DNA from: Lytechinus pictus
Taxonomy: Eukaryota
DNA: 64,000 nucleotides
Assembly: GCF_037042905.1 (NCBI RefSeq)
Contig: NC_087245.1
Location: 3,536,001 to 3,600,000, forward strand
Reading direction: 5' to 3'
The position numbers and the translations under genes were made by a program. Below the pieces are notes generated by a model that was not told the DNA's origin, ran no database searches, and was given only the letters and a program-made list of their open reading frames with translations. Positions 1-13,200 of this stretch are shown piece by piece; within the stretch, counting starts at the first letter, position 1; each line of letters begins with the position of its first letter.

Positions 1-1009
1 TTTGCAGATTCTCATCCAGGTATAAAACTTAAACTAACCCATACAAAATTACAGATACATTACATGCATTGAATGTTAACCATGTTTACATTAAATAAAA
101 ATAATCCGAGCCACAAAGAGGTAGGATCTGTAATGAATATACACTTCTTAAATATACAGGCTCTCGAGTCTAAAATAGAACCAATGCCAAAAGTTATGTA
201 CCTTGGGCAAATTTATAAAATACCGGTAAGGTCATGTCCTTGATCTACTAGTAATTAAATGGCCTTTTTATTTCCTATTTGTCTATAAACAAAGCAATAT
301 TTATTTTTCATATTTTACAAAATTCATTTTATTTATTCAGTAGTGTGATATTCATATTTCTAGATTTACGATTTTTTTATAATCTTGTTATTTTACATTT
401 TGTCCAATAGGATGATGCAGTTTTACAATTTCCATGGAGGTGATTGATGATGATAAATAATTGGTGAAGTAGGCCTAATAGAACAGCGACTAGACCACAA
501 AGAGAAATACAACCTACATCAGTTATATGAGTGAGTTAATTAGTGAATATTTTTAATAATGGAGGTTGTTCACATTTTTTTTGGCAACAAATAAATCTGC
601 CTTTGAAAAACCCATTTCAATTTTGTTTTTAGATTATAGTTGGTGTCGTTTTTAATCACAGATCAAAATATTCTGTGCAACAAAACATATCAACTTTAAT
701 TCTGACTATTTATATAATTTACATATATGTTGATTCACATATTAATATTCATGAGAAATCTCTGACATTTTTTCATAGAGTACATGTATTTATAATGGAG
801 AGTGGTATGTAAACTGCATAGAACAGGTTTAAGTGATATGCTTTATAGAAGTACAAGTTTATAATTAGTAGAAGTAAGATTTCCTGTTATGTGTTGAAGA
901 AACATATATATGTATAGTCTCACTTTTCTTAAAACATTTATGTTTTATAAATCACGACAATTTTAATTTAAATTCATTGATTTTCTTTCTCTATTTTTTC
1001 AATCTGCAG

Positions 1010-1078
1010 GACTGGTGTAACAGATGTTTTCATTCAAGAAATCCAACAAATCAAGAGTCTGACTTAGGAACCACTTGA
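1010..1078 (+). CDS. Possible terminal exon of an upstream gene (frame unresolved)
   Basis: Strong acceptor ttttctttctctattttttcaatctgcag|1010; donor-like CAG|gtataa at 19/20. All three frames stop within 70 nt. Confidence 0.3.
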   Translation, partial: DWCNRCFHSRNPTNQESDLGTT

Positions 1079-2310
1079 TGAAGATGGAAAAGTTTTTTTT
1101 TTTTCCAAGTCCAATTAAAAAAAAAAAAGTTTTCTTGTTGATTTTCATTAAAACTGGTTGCAAAAGGAGAAGCTATAAACATACAAATAGGAGCGGCGGA
1201 GTGAAGTTGAAAGTTGGGGGGGGGGGCATAGGGAAAATGCTGTATTACGTGAAATTTTTAAGAAGTTGCAAAATTTTGACATTTTTAAAAAGAAAATCTA
1301 AAATATTCAGAATGATATATTTCACTTTTTTTTTTTTTTTTTTTGGGGGGGGGGGGCAAGAGTCCTTCAAGCCCCCCCCCCCTCCATCTGTACGAAACTG
1401 CTTATATACCCCCACTCATGAATTATTAAACTTAATGCACAAAGGATTTCCTTCATAAGTATATTATCGAAATGAGAATATTGTTTTCTTGTTTCAAAGG
1501 GCAATCGTCATGGTGACCATAAAACGGGTCCTCAGGTGAAAGGGGCACAGAACAAGTTCTTTAGGAGCACTTTTCTTGGGTAAAAGGGGGCAGTGATTCG
1601 AGAAAGGGCACTTACAAGAAGGCGAGGGGGCACTCTTTAACATATGAAACGGGCCCTCGGATGAAAGGGCACAGAACACATTCCGGGGGGGGGGGGGCAT
1701 TTTTGGGTAAAAAAAAATTGCATACAAGGAAGAGCACTTGGTAACACCTAAAACAGGTTCTCGTCAGGTGAAAGGGACACAGTACACGTTCGTGAGGGGG
1801 GATTTTTCTTGCATAAAAAGGCACTTTTCAGTGCTTCAAGAAGTAGGGGGAACTGTGTCCCCCTCCCCAGGATCGCTGCCCCAGCATACAAAAAATTCTT
1901 TTGGTTCAAAGTATTAACATATATGCTTAAGAAAAAGGTAAAGCGTAATCCTCTGATAATGTGATATTTTTTATGGCTAATTAATAAAATTCATCCCTAA
2001 CCAGAGAGTTCCTTTATGTCTTTCATTTGTGTTCATATAGTATTTGTACAGAGCTAAAATGAAAGGGATTTGGAATTGGCAATTCAAAATTCAAAATGAG
2101 ATGAAGATCGAGAGAGGGAAAGAGTGATGAGAAGTGGGTTGAAAAGAGATGAGAAAGAAATGGGAGGGGCACATATGAAGAGATAATTTAGAGGGGGGTG
2201 GTAAGAGAGCTAGAATGTGGGAAGTAGGAACAAAAGGGGTGGAAGAGAAATAAGACGAGATTTATGGAAACCAGGAGACAGATAACAAGTGGGAAAAGAA
2301 GAAGGAAATA

Positions 2311-3088
2311 TATGAAGAGTTTAGTTGCAAAAGGGGTTAGGGCCACTTTGGACCATTCCGAGAAAAACCATGTTTTTATTCTCACTTATTGCAATATTCT
2401 TATGAGAAACTTAATTGTCATGATGTACTACTCTATCATGTGAACATAAAATTGGGTATAAAAGAAATCTACCTGTCTTCAATTTTGTTCTATATAGTAT
2501 ATATTACTTTAAAAAATATCATTGTGTACCTAAGCCCTTTTGCAAGTAAATTGAAGTGAATCCAATCGCTTTTGATTAAAAAAGTGATTTTTTTTTGCCA
2601 CTTCCATTCACGTTTTCATTTGAATGTCAAATTTTCTTTGGTATCATCAGAGTGACTGAAAATTTAGAGGTTTAGAGACAGAAAACAATAAAATATATGA
2701 AAAATGGACCTAACCCCTTTTGACAAATGAGTTCTTCAGAAAAGTTTAGTTGCAAAATTCTCCCATATTGCAATATTCTTATGCGAAACTGAATTTTCAT
2801 GGTACACTACCATGAGAACATAAAATTGGGTATAAAAGATATTTACTTGTCTTCATATTTGTTAAGATATTATTAAAAAAAAAAAAAACCCAACTAAACT
2901 GAAATGGACCTAACCCCTTTTGAAAAAAAAGGTGATTTTTCTTTGCCGTATTAGTTCACTTTTTAATAGGAATTTCAACTTTTCTATGGTATCATCTTAT
3001 ATAGCTACTAAAAATCTATACATTAAGACATAAAAATCAAGTTTGATGAAAAATGGACCTAACCCCTTTTGAAAATGAGCTCTACATG
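2311..3088. mobile_element. Tandem pair of a TIR-bearing non-autonomous element (about 2311-2740 and 2741-3088)
   Basis: Left end gaagagtttagttgcaaaaggggttagg; inverted cctaaccccttttg...gag(t/c)tct at ~2709 and ~3058. The internal block tattgcaatattcttatg...cataaaattgggtataaaaga is duplicated. Confidence 0.55.
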
Positions 3089-3879
3089 TGTAGGAGAAAG
3101 GCGGCACAAAAGAATTTTGAGTGGGAAAATGATTAAATGGGGAAAAAAAACAGAGTAAGAAATGCTGGAGAATAAAGGGGACAAGAAACGTATTAAACAT
3201 GATAAATTGGGGCCCGTTTCATCATGAGTTACAAGTATGTTAACTACGATTTAGGGATGGCAAAAGCTGTAGAGACCTCTTTACCTAATCACGACTTGAT
3301 CTACTCTTCACCTTCCCTTTTGGAATTAGCAAAGGCCTATAACACGCAATACAAACAATGCTTTGTTTTTAAGTAATATCGCTTGTGATATCGATACTTT
3401 ATAGAGCGCAACGTATCGTCTCAGATTTGCGCTTGCTTGATTCGCTGAATCCTTCGCGTCACGAGCGCGTAACAAAATGAATACATTAACGAATTTGCCA
3501 AGTTGACCTTTGTCATTGCGCTGATGTGCGTATTGTCTAATACACGTACAAAACCACAGTTGACGAGGGAGCATCGTACGAAATTAATATTAATGAGGGC
3601 TTATTTTAGCTTCTAATGGATTAAACAAAATGGCGGTAGCTTCGGGGGCTTGGACCGCACCATGGCAATTATCCGCATTATTTGGAAATACGTTCATAAA
3701 CTCAAAATCTTGTCCCGATGCCGCTATTATGCGGATAATAGCAGCATCAGAATAATGCGGATAACTCTTGTCCTCCTCTGATTTTACGACCAAATTATGC
3801 TGCTATTAGCCGCATAATTGGGTTTTATTGGGTTTATAAAAGGGGTATCATATGGGATCTTCCTACATTAATAATGTGA

Positions 3880-4445
3880 GCACAGAGCGCGAGCAGAACA
3901 TATTTTATATTGTGATCTGAAACTGGATAATGATTTAATTAGAGAACAAGTTGAGTATCTGAATAAACATGCGCGCGCGTGTTTCATATTTAGACATAGA
4001 ATCTATATAGGCATTCTAAATACATCTTTTATCATAAAAATCAAAGCGAGCGCGAAGTGCGAGCCAAAACTATTTGATATTCTGATCTGAGAAAAGAGTC
4101 AGTATATTTTAAGCACTTTGTAGGAAAATTGTGAGGTGGATATGGATCTTAATAAAGAGCTGATATTTTTCATTATGATTACTTTGAGTTTTGATATATA
4201 GGACCGGGACAAGACCTTAAGACATGTCATCATATGAAAATGATGACTGTCTTCCTATTCCTCTTGCTAAGCGCGAGATGAAACAAAAGGGACAATTTAA
4301 TTATTAAATCAATATCTTAATGAGGGCGCAAAATCTGATAATATTGAGGCCTGAAAACTGGACATTTCAATCACTTTTGTAATTATAAATATGATGCATC
4401 AGTTAATATATTTTTAACCATTAATGCGAGCGCAAATTGCGAGCC
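3880..4445 (-). repeat. Degenerate array of the gcgagcgcgaagcgcgagc-containing unit (same family as the interior of 48104-49485)
   Basis: Recurrent gcgagcgc(g/a)aa..gcgagc motifs, the reverse complement of the array at 48.3-49.3 kb. Confidence 0.65.
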
Positions 4446-4449
4446 TGTC

Positions 4450-4753
4450 GTAGCTCAAGCCAAAGGCAAGGGGATTTCCCCCATATGCATCCATTTATTT
4501 GGACCACAGGGACCACGCCCATGGCATGCAAGACTCAGAGCGCGCCAGCTGAGCGCTCGCTACGTACGCCTATATCAGGCCTATACTAGATCTAAGGCCA
4601 GCGAGGTTGTAAAATTAAAACTAAAAGTAGGGTGCCGTGCCGTGGTTATGCTGCATCGCCATATCGAAGATTAGGCCCGGCCTAAAGCCAAATGCTTGAA
4701 AAGTTGGTTTGAGAGCTGAGCTTAAGATTTGTATTCGATTGAAGCCCCATCAA
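4450..4753 (+). promoter_or_regulatory. Candidate promoter and non-coding first exon of the TMEM163-like gene
   Basis: Locally CpG/GC-rich non-repetitive stretch ending in a strong donor CAA|gtaagt at 4753/4754. The ATG-containing exon has an acceptor, so an upstream exon is expected. Confidence 0.45.
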
Positions 4754-5004
4754 GTAAGTAAACGGCCTAAGAAAGTAAGATAAATTTGTAAGGCCCAGAC
4801 ACTCGATCTACCAACTAGTGACGGTAGTGTTAAGTTAGGTCTCTTCTTCTTCCGTTGAGTACCGGTATTATATATAGTCGTACTTGACTGAGTAGGCCTA
4901 CACAATCACAAAAACACATGACAGTAGGTCTAACGTTAGACCTACTCCTAGTTCCTAAGTCACAAGAAACTTGTGCTGGTGGACTTGACTTTATATATTA
5001 GACT

Positions 5005-6043
5005 CCAGGGGCCCGTTTCTCAACACCTGGACAAGTTAGTCATATCTTTATCCACCAACCACGGAGTTAGTTCCAATCTTACTAAACCCGTTTCACGAAG
5101 GGCTTCCTAACTAGAATCCCTTGATATCGATACTATCGGTAGAAAGAGCAGACGAGACGTAGCCTTAGTCACAAAATAGCATAATTTTTTAAAAGCAAAA
5201 ATGTGATAAAACTGCAATTATTGTGATTAATTTGGAAATACATCTAATAAAAATAATAGCAGAGGCAAAATATGAACCATGCATACTTAAACCATGAAAA
5301 CTTGAGCATCTAATTGCTGAGAAAATCAAATTATGAATATATCATTTCATGACTAAAAAATCACATGGGGACAATGAGATGGGTATCCCCGGGATAGTAA
5401 ATTTTGATAGTTTACGAAAGTAAACCACAATTGTTATCTTTGTAAAATAAGATAATTATACGTTTATTTATGGTTCCAAACATCATCAAAATATAGTTTA
5501 AATTAATTTTTTTTTTTTTTTTTTACATACCGAAACACACGATTTGACAAATTCTTTGCATAAATTAGAGATAGAATTTATCAAAAATGTTGATAAGTGT
5601 TTGAAAACGACGAATACGAGTCCAGTTATGGATGACCTGCCGTGGTAGAATCTTTATCGATTCAATTACTTTACTATTTTAAAATGAGTGGTTTTGTTGC
5701 GTTTTACCAACAGTTTTGATAGTTTCTGTGCATAACAATTATTATTGAATGATCTATCACACCTGTTTTGCAATGTAATTTCAACTTCTATGAATGATTA
5801 CGTAAGATTACAATTGTCAAATTTCGAGGCAATTTTGCATGTCATAGTCTACCCACGTGATGCCACTACGTCATTAAGAAAGAAGTTATGACAGGTTCGG
5901 AGGTGTCATAAATATTTAGTGAGGTTGTTGTACCCGATCTTGGTAAAGAGGGCTTCGTGAAACGGTTAGCGGACAAGTAGCTCACTATCTCCGATTTAGT
6001 CAAGAAGTTAGACTTATGACGGTGTTGAGAAACGGGCCCCTGG
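5005..6043. mobile_element. ~1.04 kb non-autonomous DNA transposon with 23-bp TIRs
   Basis: ccaggggcccgtttctcaacacc ... ggtgttgagaaacgggcccctgg; second subterminal inverted pair ccgtttcacgaag / cttcgtgaaacgg. Confidence 0.85.
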
Positions 6044-6816
6044 TCCACAACTTTTTGTGTAAATCTTGTTATTGTTATCTTGTTAGGCTAGCTTGATTCA
6101 ATCATAGGATGGAGGGGTGGGAGGATCACTTTGACTGACACCTTTGTTTCGGAAGCAAACACCCGGGGGGAGTCAAATATATTGCTGTACACACGCGTGA
6201 CCAAAAAAACATGTTTAACGGGGTGTTTTTCAGTTTTGGACGCGGGCCGCGCGTGCACTAAAAACACCAATTTTCAACAACAAAAAAATGATAGTTTTGC
6301 AAAACTGGTCAATGGTCAATCGCAGGGTCAAACGTATTTAGGGTATGTTTTTTTCCAAAGCTTTTGTTTTAAGACTAGCCAAACGTGTTTAGGGTTTTTT
6401 CCCCCAAGCTTTTTCCCTGGGTTCATAATCTGGCGACAACTTGTTTAGGGGCCAAAATGTGTGAATAAAGCCTGCGAAAAACTTCTTTAGGGGGTTATTT
6501 TATAGACAGAGAAAAACTCATTTGTATTTATGCTATCAAATATTAAGATCTATGTGAAATGTTTCTTAAATTGCTATTTCATCATTGATGTACATTTGTA
6601 TGGCCTAGATTCTAGACCCAAATATTTTTATTTGTCAGATTTTTTTTCTTATTTTTTATAATACGATTAACAATTCATTTCTTGCAATTATTTGGAAAAA
6701 GGGGAATACGATCTAATGTTTCATCTGTAAATTGACCATTTGGTTTGTGTTAATTAGAATTAGGCCTAGTGAATGAAGCATTTTAGATTAATGAAAGGAA
6801 GAATGCCAGACAAGCT

Positions 6817-7100
6817 CCCGGGGGGGGGGGGGAGCACTTCCATTGACGAGTGGATGCCATGCGCGACCATGGGGTCTCGAAAAAGCACCCCAAACAAGTA
6901 TTTTCCATATTCTGAAAATGCAACCCTTATCAAGTATTGGCATGCGAAACCCTACCCTTAAGCTGTATTGGAAACAAAACAATACTCTTGGCAAGTATTC
7001 CCTAAATTGAACCCCTATACAAGAACAGCGATATTTCAATTGTTATGTCATGGACGTCAGCCGTCGGTTTATCATCAATGGAAGTGCCCCTCCCCCCGGG
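6817..7100. mobile_element. CCCGGG-terminated MITE
   Basis: cccggg(g)n agcacttccattga ... tcaatggaagtgccc(c)n cccggg inverted ends. Confidence 0.75.
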
Positions 7101-8743
7101 CATTTATGTATCAATGTAGACTTCAATATGTGCCACAGGAAATTGCACTGGACCTGAATCAAATACAAATTACTACTCACAGTCACATTAATACAATTCT
7201 TTCATTTAATCATTCCTGGAGAAAGTAATGATTTTAGTGAACACTAAAGTGAGATCTACATTATCATTACATATTAATGCAAAATGAGCAATTGAAATTG
7301 AATACAAATATTATCTTTTAAGTCTGTTACTTAACAATAGCCTAGTCATAATCCCAACCTTATACAACATTCCTAATATTGAACCCTGAGTGTAAATGAA
7401 TTGGCTATTAACTTGCCCTCCAGCCCAAATCAATTGGTTTTAAAGCCTGATATTTACCTGTGGGAGAAAGGAACATAAAATCTATAAATGGTACAATAGT
7501 GTAACATCTTGCCAAGCCTCTATTGAAGGATATCAATTGAGTGGGGGGCTAAAGAACAATGGGGTGTGGTCAGTATTGGTCTTCCTGGGTTCTCACGCAC
7601 AGGGGTACCTGAATACACCCCTCCAGGTGACCTAGGGAGGAGGGGGTTCTGATATCAATCCCTTCGTAATGAAATGGAAGTGTGGTGATATTAATCTTTG
7701 TAGCTCTTTTAATTGGTCATCAGGTGACTGGTAAGTAAACAACATGTGATAGCTGATAAGAGAGAGAGAGAGAGATAGAAGAAAAAGGATGGAGAGAGAA
7801 TGAATAGAGAATATTTGGCTAGACTTATGTAAAATGTTTATGATATGTAGTAATCATTGATTTTTGGACATCATATGTAAATAAATTCATCCGTTATTAT
7901 TATTCAATCTAGGTAAATACTTTGATCGCATTTCCAAAATGTGATGCAAGCATTTATAAATATTATTTACATTTGAAGACAAGTTTTTTATCTGCATTTA
8001 AACCTAATAAGCCCCTCATTAACTTCATGTGAACATAGTATGTTGGTTAATATAATCTAAGTGATAAATCCTGCAACATTTTTATAAAAATAAGGTTGAC
8101 AGATAGTTTGTAGACAGAATTATAAAATAAGTTTCAAATCCCCAGAACTTAAACCTTTTTTTGTGAATGTTTGATTGCCTCAAGGTTTGTAGTTTGTTTT
8201 ATTATTGTCTTAGATAACTTAAGAATTACATATACCAGTAAAGGTTTTAAACAAGGGTGATAATAGTCAGTTTCAGTCAAAACTAAAAGAGAAGTAAGTA
8301 CATGTAGTGCTTTGTCCCAAAATGTTATATTTACCTTAGTCATTGTGGACATTTTTTAAGGGTACCTGCTGATATTAGTTATTTCATTAAGCCTTAGATA
8401 ATCATGTTGTGCTTATACCAGCAAATTAATGTGTAGTGCCATTTTAGGAAATTACATCATCAGTCTTCTATGCCCTTGAAAGTGCTGCATGATTGCAATT
8501 CTCCACAGTGAATAATTGACCTTTCTCTAAATGTTTTCTGGATCATTCAAACTTTACCCTTTTACTGTTGAGTAGTGCTTGAGACTTGGAAAGCATTTTG
8601 AATCTACTGTTTGGTTAAGCCTATCTCTTATAAACATGGATTTACTAATATTGGGTTATAATTCTGCATGAAAATATTTTTGGAACAACCGAGCCTATTT
8701 CAGATGGAAGAGTGATTTTCCTGTCTCTTTGTTACAATTGCAG

Positions 8744-8892
8744 AAGTTATTTCATCATTCTTGAATGGATACAGAAGTGTACACTATTCCTAGATGTATT
8801 GAAAGCTAATATCAGGATCATTCCTTCCATATTTCCTCTGAGAAACTGCACAGAATATTCAAATTGAGAGCATTGATGGCACACTTCCAATG
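8744..8892 (+). other. Possible additional 5'UTR exon of the TMEM163-like gene
   Basis: ctgtctctttgttacaattgcag| acceptor and ATG|gtaagc donor; stops in the frames read. Confidence 0.3.
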
Positions 8893-10115
8893 GTAAGCTA
8901 AAGCTTTGTACATTACAGTTGTCATGGTAACTTATTAATATTAAAGAACTGACATTTTAGATTACATTATAATCAAGACCATTATAGAATGCTTGACTAT
9001 TGATCTGGTAAAGTGGAAAGAAAGTCAGAAGAGAAGCAGGAAAGCTACATAAAAATAATCTTATAATTTTTCTCTAATTTTTTTTTTTTACTTGTTTCAA
9101 GAACCTTTTTAAAGCTATCATAAAGTTTTCTTTTTCGAAACAACCAAATCTTTAGGTAATGTAGTCATGTATCAAATATCATATTACAATTGTGAAATGC
9201 ATTGATGCTGTGTCTCATAATGCATGTACTAGTAAATCTATACATTCAAAATTAATATCTTGTTTGAAAAGAGGATGTGTTTATTTCTTTATTAACACCT
9301 TTTTTTTTTTGGGGGGGGGTGTTTAGGTATTTGGTAGATTACTATCTGGTAAACAAAAATAATTTTCTTATATGTTTTTCTTGCAACTTGTAGGCCTATA
9401 TACAAATCAATTGTATATTATATGGCATAGTATTAGACCGGTACATGATAATGGTATTGGTAATGAAAGTGATGGTGCTAATGATAATGATTTTAATAGT
9501 TACCGTAATTCAGTAGCAATACCAACTCATAATTGAAAAATTTATATGATAATATTGATATTAATGATAACAGTAGTGATAATTATGATTATGATAATAG
9601 TGATGACATTAAACTGTTCTTTCATTTAGGAGTTTCATCATCCTTATTCATCATAATTAATTCATATTCTGCCTCTCTGCAATTTTGTTTTCACTGATTT
9701 TAGATCTACAGTGTATTTATTTATATTTTTTATAAAAGTGCATTATGTATAATTCACCCTAGAAGCTGTGAAGGCATAGCTGTTGAATCAATGATTAATT
9801 TTGTGATATTTCCCACTTCAACCAAAACATCTGGTCATGCTTTGCTTTTGTTTGTATTTGCTACAGCTGTACTTCATTTTGTTTCCCTGTTTTGTCACAG
9901 CGAGCCCAGGACTGTCTTTATATTCTGTTCTGTATACTCATACTGCATATATTTTAGAAGTTGAGCAGCAAATATCTGCTAGTACATTTATCTGTTGGGA
10001 TTACTTACATGGGAAGTAATATTTCTATATTGACTTAATTAAGTTTGAAGTTGTATTTGCTGTTTCCACAGATTCTGCCTACTTTCTGCTTTCCTAAAGG
10101 GACTTGATAAGCAAG

Positions 10116-10293
10116 ATGGATAACAATGACATTGAGAAGTCAATATCACCAGAGACATTGCATCTAGAGCAGATGCCCTTTAATTCCAATAAATCAGCAC
10201 AAAATTATACAGCATGTGAATGGGAAGGAGAAGGACAGAGAGATGGAGATGGAGAGAAGGATCAAGGTAGAAGGAAGACAACTATGAAGGAAA
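10116..10293 (+). CDS. TMEM163: TMEM163-like coding exon 1 (MDNNDIEK...RRKTTMKE); exon begins at 10072 with 5'UTR
   Basis: Acceptor tttccacag|10072, AAGATGG start context, donor A|gtaagt; phase 1 fits the next exon. Hydrophilic, poorly conserved N-terminus. Confidence 0.8.
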
Positions 10294-13200
10294 GTAAGTC
10301 CAAAATGAAATTACTTTTATAAATACTGTTTTTAACTAATGTTTATTTTTGTCTCACCTGCATATAGCATATTGAGACTAGAGGCATCGCCTTTTCTGAC
10401 TGCTACAGCGGTGTCATCATGAAATCTTAACCAAGGTTAAGTTTTTGAAATGTTTTCAGAACATAGAAAAGTGAAGAAAAAAAATTGACAAAATTTCATG
10501 AAACTGGGACGCATCACACAAGGATACTCAGTAGGTTACATGATCAAGGTCAAAGGTCATTTAGGGTCAGTGAATTTATTATTTTATTATCATATGATTA
10601 TGAATGATGTTTTTGTGAATAATAATTCATCTACCTTGTTTTTCAAGTCAGCACAGCTGGTATAATCACGTAATGCAGGGAAGACTACCAGAGGCATTCT
10701 ATTTAAAGCACTTTGGACAAAATCTTTCTGATCAACTATCATTATAATGGCTGATTTTATTCAACATTTCACAGACCATATGCCTAATTATATTTTCAAA
10801 ATGTTTTGTATCTCTAGCAAATATATTATGGGGTAGAGCCACTTTCTCTTTTAGAATGTTTACAAGCCACACACGGATGTATTTTGAGAATAATCTCAGA
10901 GAGCAGTGTTGTCTGCATATCTACAGCATCGAGTTCATGATGCAAGGGTTGAAATCATGTTAATACTTAGATTGAGTAAATATGCAAAGCCTGTACGTAA
11001 TCAATGACTTGTCAATAGATGAGTCTCTGAAAGAATATTTATTGGCTGAATTATAAGTCTCTTGCTCTCAATGGGAAAAAAAATGAATCTCTTTGGTTTA
11101 AACTATGCAGGTACTAATTCTTAAAATACTTACTTGTTTTAATATTATATAATTTGTTGTCATTTTTTTTTATTTGGTGTGCAAATATCTGTCTTTTTTC
11201 CTCTTTCTCCATCTTGCTCTCTTCCTCTTTTTCTCTTCTTGTATGTATGCTCTACAGCTTTAGTCTCTCTGTAATTATGTCCTCTCTCTCACCCCTTCGT
11301 GCACCCTCTCTCTCTCTTTCTCTCCCTCTCTGTCTTTCTTTACATTTTATTTGTAGAATATTTGACAAAAAATCTTTCCTTTATCATCCTTTAGATCTGC
11401 TTGAGGAGGATAAAGAATCCATGTCAATGAAAGACACCTCTAGATGGCGCTCTGCAGCATTGGCCGTTTCTTGGGCTTCTGTAGTTGGTCTTCTCATTGT
11501 TGGTATTCTAAGCTTTGGTAAGCTACAAACTCTGACTTCCTTGGTCAACAAGGTTAAATTTTACTCACATGTATAAAAGAAAAAGAGTCTCCACTACTTT
11601 TTTTGTTATAACTTTATGTGTCCTTTATTTGTACGTCAGTTTCTATCTATGTTATGAATGTTACTGTCATTCAAGGCAAATATTATCACATGAGAACTTG
11701 AAAATATTGTATAATACTTTTACTCAATGAATGATCTTTGAAATCAAGAAAAGAAATGGATGGAATCCTAAAATTTTATTTAGATAATGCATTGTTTAAG
11801 TGATATGATTATGAAATAAGCATCTTTGTGATATCAAATTAATTTCCTGTCTCTTTTTCCAACAGTTGTAGCTGAAACAACACAAAGTTCAGCAGCATTT
11901 GGATTTGGTGTAAGTAATACCAATATTCTGCTCATAGCACTTAATACATTGGAAGGATGTCTTTCAGCACTTTATAGTATATTATTATTATTATTATTAA
12001 TTATGTGCATCTATTGTCGATAGCCTAGCTAAGGGTAATATAGGAGCACCTTGGGCACCTAACAATGTGGATATGTGCACAATATAATACCCAATACAGG
12101 ATTACTATTATACTGTATCACTCGGTGAAAGTCCCATCAGTTACTTTGAAATGGTTACAGAATATGAAGGAAGATGATGATGGGGGTGATGATCGCAATA
12201 TATCTTTTTAAAGATAATCTGATTATTCTTTTTTCAGTTTGACTGTTTATTGGATGTTGGAACATCAGTAGTTGTTATCTGGAGATTCACTGGCTCTCTT
12301 GGATCAGTTTATTCAGAAAAGAAAGAAAGAATGTAAGTACTTCTTCCTAATTAAGCAGCTGTGAAGTGTGTTTGTCCATTTTTTTTAGCTTGTTTACCTA
12401 GTGTTTCATCTGTTATATGTTGTTTTATATCTTTGTGTGTATGTTCCAAGTTTTTCTAGCAAAAGTTTACTTAATTGTTTCCCCCCCTGAAGAAAAAAAA
12501 ACAATAAGCTGGCGAAAATAAATGTTTAGTGTTCAGAGAGCATTGCCTTGCAACTTATTGTGCGTTTAGAACTTGATCACATTTGATAACAGTGTACTAA
12601 TCCTTATCTTTTTAAAGGTCAAGTCCACCCCAGAAAAATACTGACTTGAATAAATAGAGAAAAATCAAACTACCATAGTGCTGAAAATTTCATCAAAATC
12701 GGATGTAAAATAAGAAATTTATTACATTTTAAAATTTCGCTTATTTTTCACAAAACAGTTATATGGACAAGTAGGTGACTCAGTCAATGATGTCCATCAC
12801 TTACTATTTCTTTTGTTTTGTATTGTTTGAATTATACAATATTATATTTTTTAAAGATTTGACAATAAGGACCAACTTGACTGAACCAAATAGTATTAAA
12901 CAATTCTAATTCCACATGTTCAGGGAGGAATTAATCCTTGTATCACTTGACAATGAGATGAAAATTAGAATATTTCATATTTCAGATAATAAAATACAAA
13001 AGAAATAGTGAGTGGATGACGTCATAGTCTCCTCATTTGCATACCAGCCAGGATATACATATAACTTTTTTGTGAAATTAAGCGAAACTTTAAAATGTCA
13101 TAATTTTCTTATTTCACATTCGATTTTGATGAAATTTTCAGTGTTATGCTTGTTGGATTTTTCTCTTTTTATTCAAATCAACTTTTTGTTGGGGTGGACT

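Noticed and set aside
1075..1458. 127-aa ORF
   Set aside because: Made of homopolymer runs within a poly-G/poly-C-ended repeat remnant; not protein-like.
7451..7480. Minus-strand recursive-splice-like site (ttttatgttcctttctcccacag|gtaaat)
   Set aside because: No minus-strand host gene could be identified; a single motif is compatible with chance.
11154..11576. 140-aa ORF as a single-exon gene
   Set aside because: Only 11395-11517 is exonic; the N-terminal part translates the intronic pyrimidine tract.
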